A program made the position numbers and the translations under genes. Source: a virus (taxonomy: Duplodnaviria > Caudoviricetes). Taken from it: a stretch of 34,112 nt of DNA. Where the stretch lies: positions 1 to 34,112 of IMG/VR virus record IMGVR_UViG_3300012663_000275; one strand, written 5' to 3'. Positions 24,946 to 33,734 of this stretch are shown here, one piece after another (the stretch's first letter is position 1; the number at the start of each line of letters is the position of its first letter). Below the pieces are notes generated by a model. That model was not told where the DNA came from, did no database searches, and saw nothing but the letters and a program-made list of their open reading frames with translations.

Positions 24946-25546
24946 TCTTATCAGCAAGGCCGTATTCAACGGCTTCTGCTGAACTTAAGAACGTATCAAA
25001 CTTCATAGTATCAAATAATTCTTCGTAGGTCTTGCCTGCTGTGTTATGACGCACATACAATTGTGTTAATCGTTCGTTGATGCGTTTGCTTTCTTCAAAG
25101 CTACGTTTAGCATCTTCAAACTGTAGATCTTGTACGTGAACACTTCCACTAGTACCACGTGTACCAGAACTAACACGATGGATCATTGTACGTGCTTCTG
25201 GCAACACAAAGCGTTTGCCCTTGGCTCCTGCTTGTGATAGAAACGAACCCATGCTACAGGCCTGTCCCATAACGTAAGTTGACACATCACATTTAATAAA
25301 TTGCATGGTATCGTAGATAGCTAGGCCAGATGTGACTGTGCCGCCTGGACTATTAATAAACAAACTAATGTCTTTGGTTGCGTCTTCCGACTCAAGGAAT
25401 AATAGTTGAGCAACAATAGTATTGGCCATCATATCTTCCACAGGACCATTTAGCATCACAATGCGCTCTTTCAACAAGCGACTGTAGATATCATAGGCAC
25501 GTTCGCCTTTACTTGTGGACTCAACCACCATTGGGATTAAACTCAT
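24926..25546 (-). CDS. clpP: ATP-dependent Clp protease proteolytic subunit
   Basis: [25 protein letters not shown] (Ser), MIH (His), D..LS..EA.EYGL.D. Confidence 0.95.
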   Translation of the reverse strand: MSLIPMVVESTSKGERAYDIYSRLLKERIVMLNGPVEDMMANTIVAQLLFLESEDATKDISLFINSPGGTVTSGLAIYDTMQFIKCDVSTYVMGQACSMGSFLSQAGAKGKRFVLPEARTMIHRVSSGTRGTSGSVHVQDLQFEDAKRSFEESKRINERLTQLYVRHNTAGKTYEELFDTMKFDTFLSSAEAVEYGLADKIIDKRP

Positions 25547-26464
25547 TTACTTTCCTTTACTTTGATTAAAATTTGCAATTTGAGCAGTTGCCCACTCTAC
25601 CACATCTGTCTTAGGATCAAACCCTAATGCTCTTAGTTTAGATATATCCGCTAGTGTGGATTGTACCTGTCCTATTCTATCCGATACCTTAATCTGATTT
25701 AGACTGATAGCATCGGCTATCTGCTTTATACCAGTGGAGGTGCCTGAACCTAAATTATACACTCTATCACGCTCGCCGTGTTCTATTAATAATCCAATTC
25801 CTACTACTGCATCACTGGCACAGAGAAAGTCTCGTGTCTGCTCTCCGTTGCCGTGAAGTAACAACGGGTCGCCTTCAACATGGCACTTAAAGAATTTAGG
25901 TATCATCAATGCTTTGGCACTGTAGTCCATGTACTTGCCGTACATAGTAAATGGGCGGACAATGATTAGTTCTGTGATCCAAGCCTTTTGGCTTTGAACA
26001 CGGAGAGCCCATTCTGCGCCTAGCTTGCTGACTGCATAAGGACTGCTAGGAACTAGTGGACCGTCTTCTGTTTGTACGGTCTGGCCATTGTTGCCGTAGA
26101 CAGAGCTGCTGCTAATATAGATAAACTTCTTGACCTTCTTGGCCTGACACAGCTCAAAGAATCTGTGAGTGCTAGTTATGTTAGTAAGATAGTATTCCGA
26201 ATACGTTAACCAACTAGGATCAATACGAGCCTTGTTGGCACAATGTATTACAACATCAACTCCTTCTAGCAGATTACCTAGGACAGCATGATCGGTGTCA
26301 ATGTCTGCATACGTTATGTTGGCAGTGTTACGAGGCTCTAGTTGTTGATGTGTCCACTTATCGGGATGTTGATCTGTTAGGATCAGATCGCAGGTGTTTT
26401 GCAAATAGTCTGTTAAATTTCTACCCAAAAAGCCTGCTGCTCCGGTGATCAATATTTTGCTCAT
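25547..26464 (-). CDS. NAD-dependent epimerase/dehydratase (extended SDR)
   Basis: TGAAGFLG, SSSSVYG, YAVSK, G.GEQTRDF. Confidence 0.92.
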   Translation of the reverse strand: MSKILITGAAGFLGRNLTDYLQNTCDLILTDQHPDKWTHQQLEPRNTANITYADIDTDHAVLGNLLEGVDVVIHCANKARIDPSWLTYSEYYLTNITSTHRFFELCQAKKVKKFIYISSSSVYGNNGQTVQTEDGPLVPSSPYAVSKLGAEWALRVQSQKAWITELIIVRPFTMYGKYMDYSAKALMIPKFFKCHVEGDPLLLHGNGEQTRDFLCASDAVVGIGLLIEHGERDRVYNLGSGTSTGIKQIADAISLNQIKVSDRIGQVQSTLADISKLRALGFDPKTDVVEWATAQIANFNQSKGK

Positions 26465-26470
26465 ACGTGT

Positions 26471-26499
26471 ATTTTATACAGATAGAGCTTGCGTGTCAA
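26471..26499 (-). promoter_or_regulatory. sigma70 promoter (leaderless epimerase mRNA)
   Basis: TTGACA-17-TAAAAT-6 nt-ATG. Confidence 0.75.
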
Positions 26500-26554
26500 G
26501 TAAAAAGGCAGTATAGTAATCGCTTAAATAGTCTTTGTAACCAATAGAAACAAA

Positions 26555-27070
26555 ATGTCAGATACACTAATTTTAAACGCTGATGCTCAACCAGTGAGCC
26601 TACTACCATTATCCACGGTCAACTGGCAAGAAGCAATTCGATATATGGTCTTAGAGAAGGCTAGGGTCCTCGAGTGGCACGAAGACTGGATTGTCCATTC
26701 AGCAACTTGGGAAACGCGAGTTCCGGCTATTTTAATCCTAAATGATTACTATAAAAAGAAACCCATTGTTCGTTTAACAAAACGAAACGTGTTCTTGCGA
26801 GACCGGTACACCTGCCAATACTGCGGTGTCACTTGCAAAGACGACACAGCTACCCTTGATCACGTTCATCCTGTTAGTCAGGGTGGTAAGAGTTCATGGC
26901 TCAATTTAACTACCGCATGTAAACCCTGTAACTATAGGAAAGCAGCTACAACTAAGTTGAAGCCAAAAACCATTCCTTACAAGCCAGACTACTATGAACT
27001 TGCTGAGAAGCGCCGTGACAAGGGCTTCCACTTAGGTCATCCAAGTTGGGCTGATTATTTGGGCAAGTAA
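26555..27070 (+). CDS. HNH endonuclease (McrA/HNH_5-like)
   Basis: LNAD..P, RD.YTCQYCG, TLDHVHP..GG, N..TACKPCN..K; TAAATA at 26525-26530. Confidence 0.92.
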   Translation: MSDTLILNADAQPVSLLPLSTVNWQEAIRYMVLEKARVLEWHEDWIVHSATWETRVPAILILNDYYKKKPIVRLTKRNVFLRDRYTCQYCGVTCKDDTATLDHVHPVSQGGKSSWLNLTTACKPCNYRKAATTKLKPKTIPYKPDYYELAEKRRDKGFHLGHPSWADYLGK

Positions 27071-27076
27071 CCACGG

Positions 27077-27105
27077 TTGACTCCTGGACTGTTTGATCGT
27101 ATAAT
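27077..27105 (+). promoter_or_regulatory. sigma70 promoter for DNA ligase
   Basis: TTGACT-17-TATAAT. Confidence 0.8.
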
Positions 27106-27133
27106 ATAGATTAATCAACAGTTAGGAGTGACC

Positions 27134-28462
27134 GTGCGTACACAACCCGAAGCAATCATTGCTAAATTAGAAGCAGACAATAGTCGCTTAGCCAAAGAAC
27201 AAATCATTGCTGATGCTATGACCGAAGGACTAGATGAGTTCTTCGAAGGTCTACGCATGGCCACTGACAAACTATATACGTTTGGTGTCAAGCAGGTCCC
27301 TACTAAAGAAACATCAGACGGACAGGGACTTCCATGGGTTGGCTTCAAACAATTAGCTGAAAGCCTCTACCGTCGTCAACTAACTGGACACGCTGCTCGT
27401 GATGCTATTTTGTTAGCCATGAGCGTTGCTACCAAAGAACAATGGAACGGCTTCTATCGTCGTATCCTTATCAAAGACATGCGAGCAGGCTTTGGTGAAA
27501 GCACTATTAATACAGTTGCCAAGAAACTAAAGATGCCACAGTACTCTGTACCTGTGTTCGAATGTATGCTGGCACATGACGGTGCCAAGCACGAAAAGAA
27601 GATTGCGGGCAAGAAGATCCTGCAAAAGAAACTAGACGGTGTGCGTTGTTTGACTGTTGTGGACTTTGAATCACGTACAGTTGTCATGTACACACGCAAC
27701 GGCAAAGAGCTTGTTAACTTCCCGCACATCACTGCATATCTTGAAACACAGTTAGACAACTTTGCACGTAGCTATGTCATTGACGGTGAAATTATGAGCA
27801 ATAGCTTTCAAGAGCTAATGACTCAGGTACATCGCAAAGACAACGTAGAAGCCAGCGATGCTGTGCTTAACATCTTTGATATCATTCCACTTGCTGAGTT
27901 CAAAGAAGGTGTTAGCTCTATGGGCCAACGTCGACGTTTAAACTTTATCAAGACTAACTTCAATAACATCATCGAAGACAGCGGCTGTATGTTGCTGGTG
28001 CCGTGGATCGAAGTTGATCTTGAAACAATGGTTGGTAAAGTTGAATTTCAAGACTTCAACAAGCAAATGGTTGAAGCAGGCTACGAAGGCATTATGATCA
28101 AGGATGTTGATGCTCCTTATGAGTGCAAACGTTCATCGAGTTGGCTCAAACAAAAGCCGTTCATCGAAGTAAGTCTAGCAGTGGTAGCCATTGAAGAAGG
28201 CACAGGCAAGAACGTAGGCAAGTTGGGTGCATTTATCTGTGAGGGCGAAGACGATGGCAAGAAGATTCGTGTTAACGTAGGTTCTGGTTTTACGGATACG
28301 GATCGTGATGAGTTTTGGGCTTCAAAAGATCAAATCATTGGTCAAGTTGTAGAAGTCCGAGCAGATGCAACTACTCAGAGTCAAGACAGTGAAGAAGTAT
28401 GGTCGTTGCGTTTCCCTAGGTTCTTAAGATTTCGTGGATTTGCGAAAGGTGAAAAAATCTAA
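27134..28462 (+). CDS. lig: ATP-dependent DNA ligase
   Basis: KLDGVR (motif I), IDGE, EGIMIK, WLKQK, VGSGF, LRFPRF; GTG start after AGGAG. Confidence 0.95.
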   Translation: MRTQPEAIIAKLEADNSRLAKEQIIADAMTEGLDEFFEGLRMATDKLYTFGVKQVPTKETSDGQGLPWVGFKQLAESLYRRQLTGHAARDAILLAMSVATKEQWNGFYRRILIKDMRAGFGESTINTVAKKLKMPQYSVPVFECMLAHDGAKHEKKIAGKKILQKKLDGVRCLTVVDFESRTVVMYTRNGKELVNFPHITAYLETQLDNFARSYVIDGEIMSNSFQELMTQVHRKDNVEASDAVLNIFDIIPLAEFKEGVSSMGQRRRLNFIKTNFNNIIEDSGCMLLVPWIEVDLETMVGKVEFQDFNKQMVEAGYEGIMIKDVDAPYECKRSSSWLKQKPFIEVSLAVVAIEEGTGKNVGKLGAFICEGEDDGKKIRVNVGSGFTDTDRDEFWASKDQIIGQVVEVRADATTQSQDSEEVWSLRFPRFLRFRGFAKGEKI

Positions 28463-28463
28463 G

Positions 28464-28730
28464 ATGAAAGAAGTAATAAACTTTATTGTGTGGCAATGGA
28501 ACAAATGGGAGTTCTGGCAGAAATGCTTTATCTGCTCATGTTCATTTATTGGTGCTAGTATTGTTGCACCTCCACCCTATGCACAGTTTTTAGGCATGAT
28601 CCCTATGGGGGTAGTTTTTGTATTCACTTTTAAATGGTGGGTATGGGACGGTGCTAAAGAACAGTGGATCAAATATAAAACAGAAAAACAAAAACTGTTT
28701 ACAACTATCAAAGACAGCGAAAAGGTTTAA
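28464..28730 (+). CDS. Small 2-TM membrane protein
   Basis: Two hydrophobic, Trp-flanked segments; start revised to 28464. Confidence 0.65.
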   Translation: MKEVINFIVWQWNKWEFWQKCFICSCSFIGASIVAPPPYAQFLGMIPMGVVFVFTFKWWVWDGAKEQWIKYKTEKQKLFTTIKDSEKV

Positions 28731-29290
28731 AGCCAGTTCGCTACTGTTTGATCGGCTGCAAAGGTAATTGAATCCACCCAGAGGTCTTCTTCTTCGCGGT
28801 CAGCTAACCAATCTGGATCTGGCTTGTGTAGTAACAGCCAACTAGCATCATGATTCCAAGGATAGTCACCTTTGATTTCATTCTGTAGCTGATCCATGCC
28901 CCACGCTGCAAAACCGTAGAAGATTCTAAAGCGATCTGGAATATGTCCTAGCTTAATAGCTTCAAACATATTCTTATGGCTGGTCATTGCCCAATCTTGA
29001 TTGATAGGCATAGTTTGTTCAAGACCCCAACCAGAGTCATGAAGCATCCAAACTGTATTTGGATTAACAGGTCCGCCCCAGAATAACGGATAATCTACAT
29101 CAAGAGAATATCCAGTATCTTCGATTAAAGTATTAACACCGTGGTTGGTTCTTCTATTTAGAACAAACCCTTGGCTTCCGTGTTCATTGACTTTGGTCAT
29201 CAATATAACACACTTCTTAAATCTAGGGTCTTTCATGTTTGGGGGTGCAATAATAGCATCCCCGGAGTTTAATACTATTTTGATATCCAT
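28727..29290 (-). CDS. yqgE: YqgE/AlgH family protein
   Basis: A.P.M.DPRF, G.VLNR, GGPV, G.AAW...QL..EI....W. Confidence 0.9.
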   Translation of the reverse strand: MDIKIVLNSGDAIIAPPNMKDPRFKKCVILMTKVNEHGSQGFVLNRRTNHGVNTLIEDTGYSLDVDYPLFWGGPVNPNTVWMLHDSGWGLEQTMPINQDWAMTSHKNMFEAIKLGHIPDRFRIFYGFAAWGMDQLQNEIKGDYPWNHDASWLLLHKPDPDWLADREEEDLWVDSITFAADQTVANWL

Positions 29291-29302
29291 GTGTTTCGCT
29301 AA

Positions 29303-29554
29303 TTAGCCAGTACGTGTTGGGCTTATAGGTCCACCGTACTTGGTACTCTTAAGTTTGCTGCCACGTAGGCTTTTACGCTCGCGGCCGATGAGTTGACTTT
29401 TGCCTGTGTCTCTGGATCTGTAACCCTGTGCTTTACAGCTGGCAAGGTTGCTGGCGCCTAATGATGAGTCTGGACGGCCCGATGTGCATAGTTTGCGACT
29501 TGCTGGTGCTTCGTCAACTTCTATGTCTTGTTGTATGACTTCAGATATTTTCAT
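29303..29554 (-). CDS. Small basic protein, probable internal head protein
   Basis: MKISEV...VDE-A leader followed by a basic body; TAAATA at 29563-29568. Confidence 0.7.
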   Translation of the reverse strand: MKISEVIQQDIEVDEAPASRKLCTSGRPDSSLGASNLASCKAQGYRSRDTGKSQLIGRERKSLRGSKLKSTKYGGPISPTRTG

Positions 29555-29570
29555 AATGTTTTTATTTACT

Positions 29571-29762
29571 TTAAACTACGGCCAAGGCAAAATTTGCTGC
29601 TGCTACTACTAATCTAAATGTTTGTTCGTCATTGCTGCATTCTTGTGCTACACGGATATCACGTATTTCTTGTAATAGATAATTGCGTTCGTCGACGCTG
29701 ATGTTGCCTAGTTGACACTGTTCTACTATTGATTGTATCTCTACTTCTAATGGATGCATCAT
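29571..29762 (-). CDS. Hypothetical protein, 63 aa
   Basis: ATGA overlap with the lipoprotein gene. Confidence 0.65.
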   Translation of the reverse strand: MMHPLEVEIQSIVEQCQLGNISVDERNYLLQEIRDIRVAQECSNDEQTFRLVVAAANFALAVV

Positions 29763-30127
29763 CTACCCTCCCAGGCTGTTCTAGCCACTGCTAATCGTTG
29801 CGCTGCTGTTTTCTTGCCTAGCTCGCAGAACATCTTACTACCGCCCTGACTCATCTTCTTGGCATGATCTGCTAGCCCACGCATGTTCACTGCCTGCGGA
29901 TCCTTGCGGAACTCTGCTAGCTGTGCTAGGTGTTCGGTGGGCTTGACTGTGGTAATCCACCCACGGCCTGCATCTGTACAGTCTACATCAGTGACAGCCA
30001 TGTTGGCTTCTACCCAACGATCAACTAACACAGGATCATGTGCTCTGGGCCACATCTGTTTGACTTTGTCTACAGTGGCACAGCCTGTTAATGCTAGAAC
30101 TAAGAATAGGGCAGCAATTGTCTTCAT
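29759..30127 (-). CDS. Lipoprotein
   Basis: MKTIAALFLVLALTG-C lipobox; TAAATA at 30133-30138. Confidence 0.8.
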   Translation of the reverse strand: MKTIAALFLVLALTGCATVDKVKQMWPRAHDPVLVDRWVEANMAVTDVDCTDAGRGWITTVKPTEHLAQLAEFRKDPQAVNMRGLADHAKKMSQGGSKMFCELGKKTAAQRLAVARTAWEGR

Positions 30128-30135
30128 AGTAGTAT

Positions 30136-31683
30136 TTATGGATTTTCCAAATTACTCAGTCGTTGTTCAAGAGAGTCTAATCTATCACAGACTGTGTGTA
30201 GACTCTTAATCAAGGGGGCTATAAACTCTTCGTAGCGTAGATACTGACGACTGGCAGGATCATCTTTGTCGTCTAGGCCCCAGCCTGCCCAATCTGTGAT
30301 GCCTGCACGATCAAGGGCTGCTTTGACCTGTTGGGCCAGCAGGCCAGCGTGATCACGAACCCCTGCCACTGGTATGGCTCTTGGGCGTTGCATTAGTGGA
30401 TCACCCGGGCCCGGAACATAGTTGGGGTCAGGACTCCATGTAGGGTCTTCAATGTTAGCTGCTACCCGTAGTTTAAAGAACTTAGGGTCTAGGTCTAGAA
30501 TAAAGTCCAGGCCCAAGGGGCAGTCAACAATGTCTGTTTTACTGCGCTCGTCGGAGGTATTGATAGTAGCACTAGACGAGTATATCTGCCCCCATTTAAA
30601 GTTTGGGCTACCCAGGGTACGACTTACATCCACTGCGCAACGGAAGTCAGCAAGGTTAAATTCGTAGGCTGCAACACCCCCATTATTGGCTATGACAGTG
30701 CTGGCACCCACAGCAGCACCTATGGTTAATTTGGCACCCGAGGCCAGAGGAGTAACAATAATATTGCTGTTGCCCGAATCTTGTCTTATAGATGAACCCG
30801 CCACAAAGGTAAAGGTGTTACTGATAATACCCCCAGTGAATGTCTTCTCACCTGTCAGCGTCTGGGTGCCAGCTAGGGTAACATCACCTAGGGTAGTGGC
30901 CAGAGCGTCAGCAGCATTGACCCACTTACTGGTAGCAGTGTCATACTTTAACACCTGCCCATTGGTTGGCGTGGTAATAGCTACATCAGTTAGCCCAGTA
31001 ATGGCTGTGGCTGTGGCTGTGGCGTCTGTGCCATTGACCCACTTGCCTGTGGCTGAGTTGTATTTCAAGACCTGACCATTGGCCAGGGTACCTAGTTGAA
31101 TATCAGTTAGAGCACTTAATAAATTACTACCGCCCCCAACTCCTCCGGCGTCAGCGCCATTGGCCCAATTAGTGCCAGTGTACTTGAGTACCTGCCCTAC
31201 TGTGGGCGATGTAATGGCAACGTCAGCAAGATCATCTAAGAGGCTGACTGCTGTTTGGGTGTTGATAAAGGGCTGTATAAAGTCAGTGAAGATGCTGGCC
31301 TTGAGTGCTTCTACACTGTCCACTGCCAGGGTTATGGTAGGAGTAACTGCCGGAACATCTTGGTCGACCACAGTGGTATCTACTATGGTAACCAAGTCAT
31401 TGAGCACAGGTTCAGTGGTACTGGTGCTGACCTTGAGTGCTTCTACACTGTCCACTGCCAGGGTTATAGTGGGAGTGACTGCCGGAACATCTTCGTCAAC
31501 CGCAGCGGTATCTACTATGGTAACCAAGTCGTTGAGCACAGGTTCAGTGGTGCTGGCCGCATCTAGAACATCAGTGAGCCTACGAGCCACAGGGTTAACT
31601 GTGCTGCGACGGGCCACCGAGCCTGTGAGACTATCTGGGTTTTGACTTACATAAGTGGTGAATTGATCTAAAGGATTTGCCAT
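30136..31683 (-). CDS. Tail fibre protein with C-terminal intramolecular chaperone (peptidase S74) domain
   Basis: Three L.DV.I..P..GQVLKY....KWVN repeats; TSDERSKTDI, GLLAQQV, LRYEEFIAPLIK and terminal coiled coil. Confidence 0.85.
   Translation of the reverse strand: MANPLDQFTTYVSQNPDSLTGSVARRSTVNPVARRLTDVLDAASTTEPVLNDLVTIVDTAAVDEDVPAVTPTITLAVDSVEALKVSTSTTEPVLNDLVTIVDTTVVDQDVPAVTPTITLAVDSVEALKASIFTDFIQPFINTQTAVSLLDDLADVAITSPTVGQVLKYTGTNWANGADAGGVGGGSNLLSALTDIQLGTLANGQVLKYNSATGKWVNGTDATATATAITGLTDVAITTPTNGQVLKYDTATSKWVNAADALATTLGDVTLAGTQTLTGEKTFTGGIISNTFTFVAGSSIRQDSGNSNIIVTPLASGAKLTIGAAVGASTVIANNGGVAAYEFNLADFRCAVDVSRTLGSPNFKWGQIYSSSATINTSDERSKTDIVDCPLGLDFILDLDPKFFKLRVAANIEDPTWSPDPNYVPGPGDPLMQRPRAIPVAGVRDHAGLLAQQVKAALDRAGITDWAGWGLDDKDDPASRQYLRYEEFIAPLIKSLHTVCDRLDSLEQRLSNLENP
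31299..31556. repeat. Two-copy direct repeat (126 bp, period 132 bp) within the tail fibre gene
   Basis: 31299-31424 vs 31431-31556, encoding STTEPVLNDLVTIVDT..VD.DVPAVTPTITLAVDSVEALK twice. Confidence 0.95.
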
Positions 31684-31774
31684 ACACATATTTACTCACA
31701 TTTGCAGCCTGGGGTAATATTAGCAGATAATTATTTGTTTACATGGACGACTACAGTTAAGACACCGTAACCAT

Positions 31775-32380
31775 ATGACCTTTGAAAACCCTAAATTTAC
31801 GCCAACCTGCAATAAGTCAGGTGAAGTTCGCAAAGCCCACTACAAGAATCTAAACCTAGCTGTGTTACAGCATTGGTACATGGGCAATCCCCATACAGAA
31901 CTCCAGTGCCTACTAACAGCCAGCCCAGGTTGGGTCAATGTTCCCAACATAGTAACAGGGGACACCAGCCTAAGATTCCGCTTGGACTTTAATCACATAC
32001 GCCAACAGAACCGTTTCTTATTGGGCTTGACCAAGACCAAAAGTCCGGGCATGAGCGTGGATAAAACCCGTGATCCCTCAGCAATATTCCGCAGCACAGA
32101 TCTCAGCAAGGCTGATCGCCGAATGCAGCTCTTAGAGTTCATGTGCTGCATGCCTGTCAGCATGGAATATCACAAGTATGTCACACAGGATTCTAGCCTA
32201 CATCACGTCAGCCTAGCAGACTTCCCCGCAGAATCTTGGCCATGGGGCCTGCGGAGCCAAGCAAATTTTGACGATTTCCAGAACCATTATTGGGGAAGAG
32301 TGTTGGTCAACTACGCAGATTTTGTCACCATGTTGCATGATCCCTTGGCAGCACCCTTCTACACACAGTTCCAGATCTAA
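31775..32380 (+). CDS. Hypothetical protein, possibly a divergent HNH-like nuclease
   Basis: LDFNHI ... EFMCCMPVSMEYH resembles LDFHH...E..KC..LC..CH. Confidence 0.55.
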   Translation: MTFENPKFTPTCNKSGEVRKAHYKNLNLAVLQHWYMGNPHTELQCLLTASPGWVNVPNIVTGDTSLRFRLDFNHIRQQNRFLLGLTKTKSPGMSVDKTRDPSAIFRSTDLSKADRRMQLLEFMCCMPVSMEYHKYVTQDSSLHHVSLADFPAESWPWGLRSQANFDDFQNHYWGRVLVNYADFVTMLHDPLAAPFYTQFQI

Positions 32381-32411
32381 AAGCCGATAAATATCCCAAA
32401 GGGGATATACT

Positions 32412-32645
32412 ATGGCATCAACTGTGACTATCAAACAACGTGTGAGCTTGGAAAACAGAGGGCGTACTCTTAGAGTCTCACAGACGCAAAATGGCCAGAC
32501 ACGCAGCCAAGAGATCACTCTAAAAGAACCTGTGCGTAACCTCAAGCAACTGCATACCATCACTGACCTTGCAGGTAATTGGCCCAAGACAGAAATCTCA
32601 GCGCCAGCAGATGTTATTATTACCCGGGGTGAAGACGTTGAATAA
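32412..32645 (+). CDS. Hypothetical late protein, 77 aa
   Basis: TAAATA at 32388-32393; SD AAGGGG. Confidence 0.75.
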   Translation: MASTVTIKQRVSLENRGRTLRVSQTQNGQTRSQEITLKEPVRNLKQLHTITDLAGNWPKTEISAPADVIITRGEDVE

Positions 32646-32847
32646 AGCCTTTACAGAAACCAAATACACGACACCCGCAGTGGTTAATCTCACACGCCAG
32701 CAGATCCTAGCCATGTATGAAATGACTAAGAGCTTTGAAAACATCAACGACTTTGAACTGCATATCAGCCAAGAAGCTACTACACTTCGCTTTAGCTTGA
32801 ATCTAGATCACGCTACTAGAACACAAGTAGACACCAATATCACCTAA
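32638..32847 (+). CDS. Hypothetical protein (~69 aa, start uncertain)
   Basis: TTG start after GGGGTG, overlapping the previous stop. Confidence 0.55.
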   Translation: MNKAFTETKYTTPAVVNLTRQQILAMYEMTKSFENINDFELHISQEATTLRFSLNLDHATRTQVDTNIT

Positions 32848-32961
32848 ATGACCATAGAACAACTCCTAGAAGATGACTTATACTACATAGCCGCATTGAT
32901 AGTAGTGTGTGCTAATAGCTTTGGTCTAGGACTTGTTATAGGTTGGATTATCACTATATAA
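32848..32961 (+). CDS. 37-aa membrane peptide (MTIEQLLEDDLYYIAALIVVCANSFGLGLVIGWIITI)
   Basis: ATG immediately after the previous TAA; one hydrophobic helix. Confidence 0.55.
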   Translation: MTIEQLLEDDLYYIAALIVVCANSFGLGLVIGWIITI

Positions 32962-33130
32962 AACCCTAGTAGTACACAGACCCCTGTGTGCATAGCTAGT
33001 ATAGACTCATGCGCAGAGTCTACATTACACAACTACAACTACATGTACTCTCGACATAGTAGTAAGAATGCTATAGAGAGGGAGTCTACACACATATACA
33101 CATAGTATAAGAACACTGTGGGGGTAGACA

Positions 33131-33734
33131 ATAGACCCCGCTGTTAGTGATATGAATATACACATAGTAGTGAGTTTTTCATATCAGTGTAAAGAACCAT
33201 TTTAGTAGTGCCTCTCATTCCACCGTGAACGACACAGTAATATACCCTGTTTTTACAAATCCCTGGCCTTGATTATGACTCGTTTGATGGCATTTCCCAC
33301 CGTTGTAGAGGCCTAGCGCCTATGGTTTTCCCCATGGTTTCTCAGGTATAAACAGTTTACCTACAGTGATCACAGTGGGGGAGATTCGTTTCCATAGCAG
33401 CGATCTAAGACTATGCTTCTAGAATAGACCCCGCTGCTAGGGTTGTAGTAGTGTGTGTATACACTATATGACTACTATGTGCGTATGTGTGTGTTGTATG
33501 CGTACTACAGTAGATTCATGACTATGTGTGTATTGGTTGACAGCGTGTAAATATCAGTTTATACTACTATTATGCCTAGGCCTTACATGAAGATCATTGT
33601 CATCTCCCTGCTCTTTGTGGGGTCGAACTACCTTAGCTATGATCTAGGCTATGTAGACGGGGTTCGTGACATCATACACAACATCAGAGAGCTGCAAGAA
33701 GAGATACAACACCAGCGCAGCATAGACCCCGCTG
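33131..33734 (+). repeat. 13-bp direct repeat ATAGACCCCGCTG, three copies
   Basis: Copies at 33131-33143, 33424-33436 and 33722-33734 (spacing 293 and 298 bp). Confidence 0.85.
33537..33565 (+). promoter_or_regulatory. sigma70 promoter with embedded TAAATA
   Basis: TTGACA-17-TATACT-6 nt-ATG. Confidence 0.75.

Noticed and set aside
31299-31556. Direct repeat as a CRISPR array or DGR template/variable repeat
   Set aside because: Only two adjacent in-frame copies, no spacers, mismatches not confined to adenines, and no reverse transcriptase in the window
30422-31645. Several plus-strand ORFs of 81-161 aa
   Set aside because: Antisense shadows of the tail fibre gene
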